From positions 1 through 25,080 of the forward strand of contig JBAXOY010000040.1 in NCBI GenBank assembly GCA_037133055.1: a stretch of DNA of 25,080 nt, read 5' to 3'. Positions 17,889 to 25,080 of the stretch are shown here, one piece after another. Under the pieces are notes generated by a model. That model did no database searches, was not told the DNA's origin, and saw only the letters and a list, made by a program, of their open reading frames with translations. Made by a program: the position numbers and the translations under genes. Each line of letters opens with the position of its first letter. Position 1 is the first letter of the stretch. The stretch comes from Chlamydiota bacterium. Its GTDB lineage: Bacteria; Auribacterota; Tritonobacteria; UBA1439.

Positions 17889-17926
17889 CCCTCCCCCCTT
17901 GAGGGGGAGGGTCAGGGTAGGGGGTG
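17889..17926. repeat. REP-like GC-rich hairpin, copy 2, with GGGTCAGGGTAGGGGGTG tail
   Basis: CCCTCCCCCC-TTGA-GGGGGAGGG followed by a G-rich tail. Confidence 0.7.
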
Positions 17927-17971
17927 AAAACGCCCCCTCATTAAGACACGTGACAGTCTACAACAATCTCC

Positions 17972-18000
17972 TTGCCGGATAAAGCCCGTTGCCCTATGAT
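17972..18000 (+). promoter_or_regulatory. sigma70-type promoter
   Basis: TTGCCG-17 nt-TATGAT, 30 nt before the ATG at 18031. Confidence 0.7.
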
Positions 18001-18030
18001 GTCCCGCTTTCCAAGGGAGACCTCATCGGA

Positions 18031-18879
18031 ATGATTCTTCTCTCGATCGGCTCGCTGCGCTTCTTCGGCCTGGACCGCGTGTTCCTGATCGCGAAGGACC
18101 TCGGCTTCGACGGCGTCGAGGTCATCGTGGACGACCGCTGGGACACCGCCGATCCCGGCTACCTCCGCACGCTCTCGACGCGGTACGGCCTCCCCATCTC
18201 GAGCCTCCACTCCCCCTTCAGTTTCATCGAGACCCCCGCGTGGGGGACCGACCCGGTGGAACGGATGCGTATGTCGGTCAGGCTCGCGGAGGAGCTCGGA
18301 AGCGAGATCCTCGTCATCCACCTCTCATTCTTCGCCGAAGACCGCTACGCCCGGTGGGTGCGGGACGAGCTGCCCCTGTGGCAGGAGAATACAGGCGTGA
18401 AGCTCGCGGTCGAGAACATGCCGCACGCCTACAAGGTGTTCGGGAAGTTGGGGATCCGCCTCGGGATGGGGACATTCTATGCCGTGGACCGCGGAAAATG
18501 GCGCAACCGGCTGCTGCGGCCCTTCAGCCGGGACTGTCACATCGACAACACCTTCAGGAACCTGCTGCGCTACCGGTACCACGTGCTCGACACCACGCAC
18601 CTCGCAACCGCGGGGCTCGACCCGATCGAGGCGTACGAGAAGATGAAGCGCGGCCTCGCCCTCATCCACGTGTCGAACTACGACGGGCGCGAGCACCAGC
18701 CGCTCTCTGCGGGGCGGATCGACATGCGCGGCTTTCTCACGCACATCGCGCGCGACGGGTACAGGGGGCACGTGACGCTCGAGCTCATGCCCGACAACTT
18801 CCCCGACCGGTCCGAATCCGTCGCCCGCACAATACTCGCCGAGGACCTCGCCCTCCTCCGCTCCTGCCTCGCGCACTGA
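18031..18879 (+). CDS. Sugar phosphate isomerase/epimerase (xylose isomerase-like/AP endonuclease 2 TIM barrel)
   Basis: GFDGVEV, SLHSP, LAVENMP, LDTTH, IHVSN, EH.P...G, VTLEL; AAGGGAG RBS. Confidence 0.85.
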   Translation: MILLSIGSLRFFGLDRVFLIAKDLGFDGVEVIVDDRWDTADPGYLRTLSTRYGLPISSLHSPFSFIETPAWGTDPVERMRMSVRLAEELGSEILVIHLSFFAEDRYARWVRDELPLWQENTGVKLAVENMPHAYKVFGKLGIRLGMGTFYAVDRGKWRNRLLRPFSRDCHIDNTFRNLLRYRYHVLDTTHLATAGLDPIEAYEKMKRGLALIHVSNYDGREHQPLSAGRIDMRGFLTHIARDGYRGHVTLELMPDNFPDRSESVARTILAEDLALLRSCLAH

Positions 18880-18931
18880 TCCGCTCGCAAGCGGCAGGCG
18901 GCGCGCCGTCGCCCATTACTCGGACAGGCTC

Positions 18932-20587
18932 CTAGCGGACACGGAGGACCTCGGTGTCCTCCGCGTTGGCGATCCAGTTGATGTCGCCGTTCAGGAACGG
19001 CGTCTGCGCGTTCACCGCCCCCCCTTGGAGAACGTAGTTGCCGGCCGGGATATTCCTGAAGGATGCGCTGAACAACTGCAGGTTGCTTTCCGCGCCCGGA
19101 ACGGTGATCTGCACCGGCACATACTTCTTCCTCCGCTTCCGCTGCAGGTATGCGCTGGCGGTGGGGGTGAGACGGTTGCCCTCCGTGAGATACAGCCTCT
19201 GCCCCGAGGGAAGGGTGAGGTAAAATCCGGGGTAGAACGGCGTGGGTATCGCCTGCGTCACGTCCACCAGGATGACGATGGTGTCCGTGGTGGAGAACTG
19301 GGTCTTGTTCGGCTTGATATCCACCGTGTGGACCACGGGCTGGTCGCTCATCGCCTGAATGGTGATGACCGCCTCGGCCGCGTTGCCCTGCACGCCGGTG
19401 CTGAAGCCCCCCACGTCGTCGAAGGAGAAGCCGTAGCAGAAACCCTGGTACGCGGCCTCGTGCAGGACCTTCGAATAGGAGTTCGTCGGCGACTGCGCGT
19501 AAAACAGGCTGGGGTCGTTCCACCAGGCGGCGGTGTCCGGTATGCCGCTCTGACCGTCGTACAGGACCCCCCTGTTCAGCGCCGCGCCCATCGTCGTGAT
19601 GATCCCCTGTTTCCCGATACTGTCTGACCCCGTGGTGAACAGATAGCCCGGGCCGTCGCATCCGAAGATGTGCGCGCTTTGCCCGGCGAGGTTGTTGATG
19701 GTGACCGTCTCACCGGTGCCGCCAACGGTGAATGTGAATACCCCCGCGACGACCTGGCCGGTCGCACTCCATGCGGGTGAATTCGGGAGGCTCGTGAGCG
19801 TCAGCAGGTTCGTCGTGTAATAGTTCCAGCACGTGTTGACATACGAGTCGAAGTAACCCGCAAACGGGCTGGTATCCGCCAGCTTGTTCGGCGCGACGAA
19901 CCTGACGGCCGTGGAGCCGTTCTGCACCATCCCGTACTGCCACGGGGCGGGGAGGGCCTGCAGATTGCCCATGATCGCGCCCCTCGGCAGAGTGAAGCCG
20001 CGCGACATGGAGGTCCCGTCGAGGAGATTCAGGTCGAGCATGAACGAGATGCTGAAGAAGTCCACCGTGGTGGTGTTCAGGAACGGATCCTGTCCGTTCT
20101 GCCAGTCCAGTTCAATCTTGTCGAAGATGAGGGGGTAGTTCGGAAGGGTCGGGTCCACGGCGGACGGCTCCTCCAAAGCGGGGCCGGGGTTCACGTGGAA
20201 ATATGCCGGCTGTTCGAAGGACACGTAGATCCTCCCGCTGATGATGTGGGGCATGTTGAAACTGTACGTGTGGAGCCCCTCCGGGGTCAGTTCGGAGAGT
20301 TTCAATGCGTAGCCGGTGTACGTCGGGTGCGACCACGGCCCGCCGGGCGGCACGACGGTGTTGTCGCTCTCGGATATCGCGACCCACGTCGAGGTCGCCA
20401 GGTCCACGTGCCCGTTATTTCCCGTGCCGGAAGGGTCCAGGCCCAGCATCTGGACATAGACCTGGTTGTCGGAATAGGCGTCCGAATCGTTCAGGATCGT
20501 CACCTTCAGCAGATTGGCCGACTGGCCGAGCGCCGCTGACGTCGTGACGAGCATGACCGCGCACAGATATGAAGATGTCCTTCTCAT
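18932..20587 (-). CDS. Secreted GH64 family beta-1,3-glucanase with an extra C-terminal beta-rich domain
   Basis: Signal peptide, SGRIYVS, FDKIE and NTTTVDFFSI (positions of the catalytic Glu/Asp pair), NSYSKVLH, YGFSFDDV; AAAGGAGG RBS. Confidence 0.88.
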   Translation of the reverse strand: MRRTSSYLCAVMLVTTSAALGQSANLLKVTILNDSDAYSDNQVYVQMLGLDPSGTGNNGHVDLATSTWVAISESDNTVVPPGGPWSHPTYTGYALKLSELTPEGLHTYSFNMPHIISGRIYVSFEQPAYFHVNPGPALEEPSAVDPTLPNYPLIFDKIELDWQNGQDPFLNTTTVDFFSISFMLDLNLLDGTSMSRGFTLPRGAIMGNLQALPAPWQYGMVQNGSTAVRFVAPNKLADTSPFAGYFDSYVNTCWNYYTTNLLTLTSLPNSPAWSATGQVVAGVFTFTVGGTGETVTINNLAGQSAHIFGCDGPGYLFTTGSDSIGKQGIITTMGAALNRGVLYDGQSGIPDTAAWWNDPSLFYAQSPTNSYSKVLHEAAYQGFCYGFSFDDVGGFSTGVQGNAAEAVITIQAMSDQPVVHTVDIKPNKTQFSTTDTIVILVDVTQAIPTPFYPGFYLTLPSGQRLYLTEGNRLTPTASAYLQRKRRKKYVPVQITVPGAESNLQLFSASFRNIPAGNYVLQGGAVNAQTPFLNGDINWIANAEDTEVLRVR

Positions 20588-20708
20588 GCCGCCTCCTTTG
20601 TCTTGTCACCATATCAACTTACACTATCCACCTGAGATATGCCAGACTTGAACACATTTTCTCGGCATGGACAAGCTGTTACCGATTGATATCGCCGTCG
20701 CACCCGCC

Positions 20709-20783
20709 TCACGTCTTTGAACTCTCCACGACCTTGTAGAGCGCGCTCTTCGCGATGCCGCTCAACTGCGCGGCGAGCTTGAC
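20709..20783 (-). pseudogene. Orphan 3' gene fragment resembling the RsmI C-terminal helix-turn-helix
   Basis: Translated by hand: VKLAAQLSGIAKSALYKVVESSKT*. Host-like codons, no convincing start with RBS, and it sits at the compositional boundary. Confidence 0.5.
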
Positions 20784-20832
20784 GCGACGCACGTGTTTTC
20801 TTCTCGTCTCAAGTGGCGAAGCCGCTTGTCCG

Positions 20833-23800
20833 CTAAACGAAGGCTTCGCTGCAGATGATTCGGGGTATTACCCGATCTTCCATGGCCAGACTTCGCTGGG
20901 CCGAAACATCTTTAAGACTATGCTGGCTGTAGATTATGGCCAGGTTCTTGAGGAGCCCTTCACCCGTTACGCTATTGCGGCGCAGTTGATTCAGTTCTCG
21001 TTTCACCGCGCCTGTCAGAGGTCCACGGAACGCTTTTTCCAGAACATTAACGTTCTGCTTGATGTCCTCGTCTTGAGTGGCTTCAAACAGGATTCGCAGT
21101 TCCCGTAAAACGTAAAGCTGGCCGTGGGTCAGGTTGGCCGTGTAGGTTCGCTCGGCCTCGCGGTGCCGAACCTCCTCCGCGAACTTGCGTTGAATCGCCA
21201 TGACTGCCTTGTTGTATCCGTCCGGCAACGGCGCGGCTTTGGCATCCGGCGCGCATTTGACCGCGCCGACAACTTTGGGAATATCCCGGGAAACAACCTC
21301 GCTTTCCTCGTCGAGTAGAAACAACTGCTGAAAACGCCCGGCCTGGCAGAAGACATACAGCCCGCGTTGCAGTGATGGCCGCGCTGTTCTGATACCGTCC
21401 CGCAGATTGGCAATCCGTTCGTATTCGCCGGGATTATCCTTTCGCAATTGCCGCAGGATTTCCTCGGCTTCGTTCAGATCGAGAAACTCGTCATCAGCGC
21501 CGCCCCACAGGTCCAACTGCCCGGGGGTGTTGCCGCGCGTCTCATAGATCGCGTACATGGCTTCCGGGTTAAGCTTCTCGGTCCGGTCCAGAATCTCGGA
21601 ATCCTCTCCGATGGTGTCGTGAATCTCCTGAACGCGATTGTGGAGCTTTTCCCTCAGACCGAGATTCTTATCCAGCGTGGTCTCGGGCAGGAAGTTAAAG
21701 CCGAATATCCGCTCGTGCTCCGAGCCGATACGATCAATACGCCCGAAACGCTGAATAAGGCGGACCGGGTTCCAGTGCAGGTCGTAATTGATGATGTTGT
21801 CGCAGTCTTGAAGGTTCAAACCTTCGGCGAGGACGTCGGTCGCAATCACCATCATCAGTTCCGCCTCGTCCCTGGCAAAACGATATTCCGGGTTGGCTTT
21901 CGGCGCAAAGCGGCCGACGACCTTTTCCTTGCTCTTGTCGCCGCTGAAAATGACCTCGATGTCGGGGTGTTTTCCATCGGGATTCAGGTTGGAAAATAAA
22001 TACTTCGCCGTGTCCGCGTACTGCGTGAAGATCAGGCGTTTCGAGCCCTTCAACGGTTTTTGGGCAAGCCGTTTTTTTAGGGTCTGGAGCTTCGCGTCCT
22101 TCTCGGGGGTGATGGGTAACACCAGTTTCAGAATCCTCTGAAGCAGTTCGATGTCATGCTCGATATGCGCGCGGAGAGACTTCAGATCGAAATCGTTTAC
22201 ATCGTACCGCTTGGACACCTCCCGGAGAGCGTCAATAAGGTCGCCTTCCTCCAGGATATCGCTTCCGTAAAGGATGTACTGCGCGTCCTCCCCCGCCGGG
22301 ACAACACCCTTCGCCAGTGAAGCGACAAAGGATTGATGAATTTTTAAGAGTCGTTTGACGGTCTCGCGGAAGGCGAAGACGCTGGATTCAAACCGTTTGA
22401 AGAGCAGGACTCGCATCAGCCCCCGAAGGTTCGCCCCGGCCCGTTGAAGGCTGGCGTATGGTTCTTTCTTCTGCTTTTCCGCGTTGACATAATTCCAGAG
22501 ACCATATCGCGCATAGGTAAGTTCGCCATCCTGGATAGCCTTTGCCGGTTTACCCTTCCGTGGTTTGCCGAGGTAGCCGCGTAATTCCTGATAAAGTCCC
22601 TGATAGGTATCTTCGATGCTGTACTCGATGGTTTCCAGCTCGCGTTTGGGAAAAAACTGGTGTTTTCCGCCGACCAGCACGTAAGCCTTCCGTGTGCCCT
22701 GCACGTAGTCATAAAACCGGTTCGGGTCCACGGGCTCATGGGTTTCAGCATCAAAACCATACCAGCGCAGAATATGCTGGCGGGTCCGGCGAACGAGGAT
22801 ATTTGCCAGCAAGTCAGGGAGTTTGCGTTCGGCCTTGTCAATCAGCTTGAAGTATTCCTTCAGGTTCGGCGGATCAATGGGCAAGTCCGTGCGGTCATCC
22901 TGGTGAAACAGCTTGATCTGGTAGTACACGTCCCAGGCGCTCTTGTTCCGGGGCGTCGCCGTCAAGAAACAGCAGCGCCGACCGGTGGAAAGAAACGTCT
23001 GAACGACCTTGTATCTTTGTGTATCCGGGTGTCTTAGATTGTGGCTTTCATCCACCAGCACGAAATCCCGATCCTTGAAATGGAAGTCATTGAGTAGCCG
23101 GGTGATGCCCTCTTCCTCGTCTTCGCGCAGGAATCCCATCGAAAGCACGCGGGCATTGAGTTGGTAAACCTCGTTGTAGCGCTCCCACATCTCCACAAGC
23201 GGAGCCGGGCAGATGATCAAAGGACGCGCGTGGTCGGTGCGCTCAAAGTGCTTCACGATCGCCGCGCCGATGTAACTCTTTCCCAAGCCCACCACGTCGG
23301 ACACAAACGCGCCGCCATAGTCCCTGACAATTTGAACCGCCTGCCGGACCGCCACCTTCTGAAAGCTCGCCAGCTTATGGAAGATATCGTCGTCCCAAAG
23401 CAATTCCTGTTCGTCTTCACTCTCCAGCCGGTCGCGCACGAGGGCGTAGAGCGTTTTCATGTAGATATCATACGGCCTGACCTGCGCCGCCGCCCATGAT
23501 TCCTTGAGTTCGGTCATCAGCGTTTCGTCGAACTCCCGCGCCTCTTTCCAGAGGCCATCAAACCAGCGGGCAAGTTCGGCGTGATTCTGGTTGCCCTGCA
23601 CGACCACATTCAACTCCGTGTTGTGTGTTAGCCCGGCAAGGGTCAGGTTGGAGGAACCTACAACCGCAATGCCTATCTCGTGCCGCTCCACTTCCTGGCC
23701 CACCAGATCGAACACCTTGCCGTAGTCACAGATATACGCCTTCGCATGGAGTCGGCCCTTTGTATAGACGCGCACTTTCAGGTGCTTTTCTTCGATCATC

Positions 23801-24180
23801 CGGATCAGCCCGGCGATCAATTCCTCTGCCTCATCCGTCTGGTCCATCCACTCAACGGCGTTACGGAGATTCCCGGCCGTTTCCTCAACCATCTTTCCGG
23901 CCTCGGTACGCTTCGGGTAAACCTGCTTCTCGATTTCCTCGGCGGCCAGGTCCAGCCGCTTGTATCCCTCCGCCAACATTTCAACGGTTTCTTTGTTAGT
24001 CGTGTTGCCGATCAGCAACCGGAGCTCTTTCAAGTTCAGGAGCCGCTTGGCAACACTGGTCAGACCGGACAGGAAAAGGTAGCCCACCGCGAACCGGGCC
24101 CGCTCGCTGGAACCAAGCATCTGATTGAGGTGGTCAACCAGTTTCTCCGATCTATTGTCGATAATGTCGTGAGTAGGCAT
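20833..24180 (-). CDS. PLD-family nuclease fused to a SNF2-like superfamily 2 helicase
   Basis: AVGYLFLSG, LHAKAYICD (HxKxxxxD), GSSNLT, Walker A DVVGLGKS, VDESH, LTATP, IFTQYADTA, TDVLAEGLNLQ, NYDLHWNPVRLIQRFGRIDRIG. Confidence 0.93.
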   Translation of the reverse strand: MPTHDIIDNRSEKLVDHLNQMLGSSERARFAVGYLFLSGLTSVAKRLLNLKELRLLIGNTTNKETVEMLAEGYKRLDLAAEEIEKQVYPKRTEAGKMVEETAGNLRNAVEWMDQTDEAEELIAGLIRMIEEKHLKVRVYTKGRLHAKAYICDYGKVFDLVGQEVERHEIGIAVVGSSNLTLAGLTHNTELNVVVQGNQNHAELARWFDGLWKEAREFDETLMTELKESWAAAQVRPYDIYMKTLYALVRDRLESEDEQELLWDDDIFHKLASFQKVAVRQAVQIVRDYGGAFVSDVVGLGKSYIGAAIVKHFERTDHARPLIICPAPLVEMWERYNEVYQLNARVLSMGFLREDEEEGITRLLNDFHFKDRDFVLVDESHNLRHPDTQRYKVVQTFLSTGRRCCFLTATPRNKSAWDVYYQIKLFHQDDRTDLPIDPPNLKEYFKLIDKAERKLPDLLANILVRRTRQHILRWYGFDAETHEPVDPNRFYDYVQGTRKAYVLVGGKHQFFPKRELETIEYSIEDTYQGLYQELRGYLGKPRKGKPAKAIQDGELTYARYGLWNYVNAEKQKKEPYASLQRAGANLRGLMRVLLFKRFESSVFAFRETVKRLLKIHQSFVASLAKGVVPAGEDAQYILYGSDILEEGDLIDALREVSKRYDVNDFDLKSLRAHIEHDIELLQRILKLVLPITPEKDAKLQTLKKRLAQKPLKGSKRLIFTQYADTAKYLFSNLNPDGKHPDIEVIFSGDKSKEKVVGRFAPKANPEYRFARDEAELMMVIATDVLAEGLNLQDCDNIINYDLHWNPVRLIQRFGRIDRIGSEHERIFGFNFLPETTLDKNLGLREKLHNRVQEIHDTIGEDSEILDRTEKLNPEAMYAIYETRGNTPGQLDLWGGADDEFLDLNEAEEILRQLRKDNPGEYERIANLRDGIRTARPSLQRGLYVFCQAGRFQQLFLLDEESEVVSRDIPKVVGAVKCAPDAKAAPLPDGYNKAVMAIQRKFAEEVRHREAERTYTANLTHGQLYVLRELRILFEATQDEDIKQNVNVLEKAFRGPLTGAVKRELNQLRRNSVTGEGLLKNLAIIYSQHSLKDVSAQRSLAMEDRVIPRIICSEAFV

Positions 24181-24196
24181 GTCTATTCTTTCTGCT

Positions 24197-24228
24197 TCAT
24201 TGTATCAGTCTCGTGGCTCATTGTATCA
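24197..24228 (-). promoter_or_regulatory. Two TGATACAATGA direct repeats 21 bp apart, each containing an extended -10 (TGnTACAAT)
   Basis: TCATTGTATCA on + at 24197-24207 and 24218-24228, upstream of the helicase start. Confidence 0.65.
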
Positions 24229-24311
24229 CCCTCACGCTTTTCTGCGCGAGTTTGAGCATGAAACAATGGACGAGAACCGGGCGCGTTCGCTGAAAATTCG
24301 CCTAACTTTCC

Positions 24312-25080
24312 CTATCCGAGGCAATTGCAGCGCAATCCGTTTCCATCCAAACCAACGGCCTTCCAGATTTCCACACTCTCCTTGCAAAGAGCAATATCAA
24401 TCCTCGGGCTGTGCCGACGGATCTCCTTTGCGATGGCTGAAAACATCTCAAGCCGGCATTCCCTGGGATACCTACGTTTGCCTGCCTCCGGCACCAGAGA
24501 ACCGTTGACCTTGATCAACGGAGATTCCGGGAACCGGGCGCGAATGTGGTTTGTCAGCCCCTCCGCCGGTCGGTATTCCCCGAGCGTAATACGCGTAGGC
24601 CGAACCTGCGAAAATACCTGTTCCACCAGCGCTTCATAGTCCGTTTTCCACGTGGAATACCGGATCACCGGATCAATCCGAAGACGCACTTCATACCCGG
24701 CCTCCTGGACTTTCCTTGCGGCTTTGAGACGCGCCACGGGCGACGGCGTTCGGTGCTCCAAATACCGCCAAACCTTTTCCGTGTTGATGCTGAATGACAC
24801 AATGGTTTGCCCCCCATGTTCGACGCCGAGCAAAGTCTTCACGGAGTCGCTCTTGGTCAGGAAGAGCAGCCGTGTTCTTGGCGCATGTGCCGGCATGAAC
24901 GGCACAATCTGCTCCGCGAAGCCCGTTATCTCGTCCACCGCCAGCGGATCGCCCAGTTCGCCAAGGTTCAGAACCCGCAGCGGACCAGCAATGTTCTCAC
25001 AGTCAAACGCCTCGATCTCCCCGAACATCTTGTCGTAGTTCACGAAGTGCGTAGACATAGGGTTGTTGCGGAAGGTGAGG
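24312..25080 (-). CDS. Spore photoproduct lyase-like radical SAM protein (5' end outside the window)
   Basis: FVNY, GELGDPL, LTKS, SFSIN, LEHRTPS...RLKAA, RIDPVI, LCKE...W match SPL-family motifs. The frame is open to the window edge (LTFRNNPMSTH). The CxxxCxxC motif is expected just outside and was not seen. Confidence 0.8.
   Translation of the reverse strand, partial: LTFRNNPMSTHFVNYDKMFGEIEAFDCENIAGPLRVLNLGELGDPLAVDEITGFAEQIVPFMPAHAPRTRLLFLTKSDSVKTLLGVEHGGQTIVSFSINTEKVWRYLEHRTPSPVARLKAARKVQEAGYEVRLRIDPVIRYSTWKTDYEALVEQVFSQVRPTRITLGEYRPAEGLTNHIRARFPESPLIKVNGSLVPEAGKRRYPRECRLEMFSAIAKEIRRHSPRIDIALCKESVEIWKAVGLDGNGLRCNCLG

Larger units (their letters stand above)
20784..25080. mobile_element. 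Edge of a putative integrated (defence) island
   Basis: Visible drop in GC and more A/T-ending codons, defence-type cargo, and a split-gene remnant at the boundary. No integrase in the window. Confidence 0.55.

Noticed and set aside
18880..18931. Intrinsic terminator between convergent genes
   Set aside because: Only short GC stems and no U-tract on either strand.
20833..24180. Assignment to DISARM, BREX, Dpd or type III RM
   Set aside because: None of the diagnostic partner genes is visible in the window.
20755..24797. Short plus-strand ORFs within the island
   Set aside because: All are largely antisense to the helicase or radical SAM genes and lack recognisable motifs.

Overview
Bacterial DNA, very GC-rich from 1 to about 20,790, then visibly less GC-rich to the window end. 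The host part encodes: UbiB/ABC1 kinase and a phasin-like gene, a rhodanese + MauE/DoxX pair, a 44-aa lipoprotein missing from the ORF track, a prokaryotic pentameric ligand-gated ion channel, a DusB-type tRNA dihydrouridine synthase, a TMTC-like GT-C/TPR membrane protein, a CBM48 + metallo-beta-lactamase-fold fusion divergent from glgP, gmd-rmd, metX-metW plus an archaeal-type nucleotidyltransferase, an amidohydrolase, a TIM-barrel isomerase/epimerase and a secreted GH64 beta-1,3-glucanase. Intergenic spaces carry several REP/MITE-like repeat families, and one palindrome sits in frame inside a gene. The right end looks like the edge of an integrated island: an orphan 3' fragment resembling the RsmI C-terminus, a PLD-nuclease/SNF2-type helicase, and a spore-photoproduct-lyase-like radical SAM gene that runs off the window. 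The best candidates for new biology are this radical SAM + PLD-helicase module and the CBM48-MBL hydrolase. All family calls come from motif recognition by eye; no searches were run.
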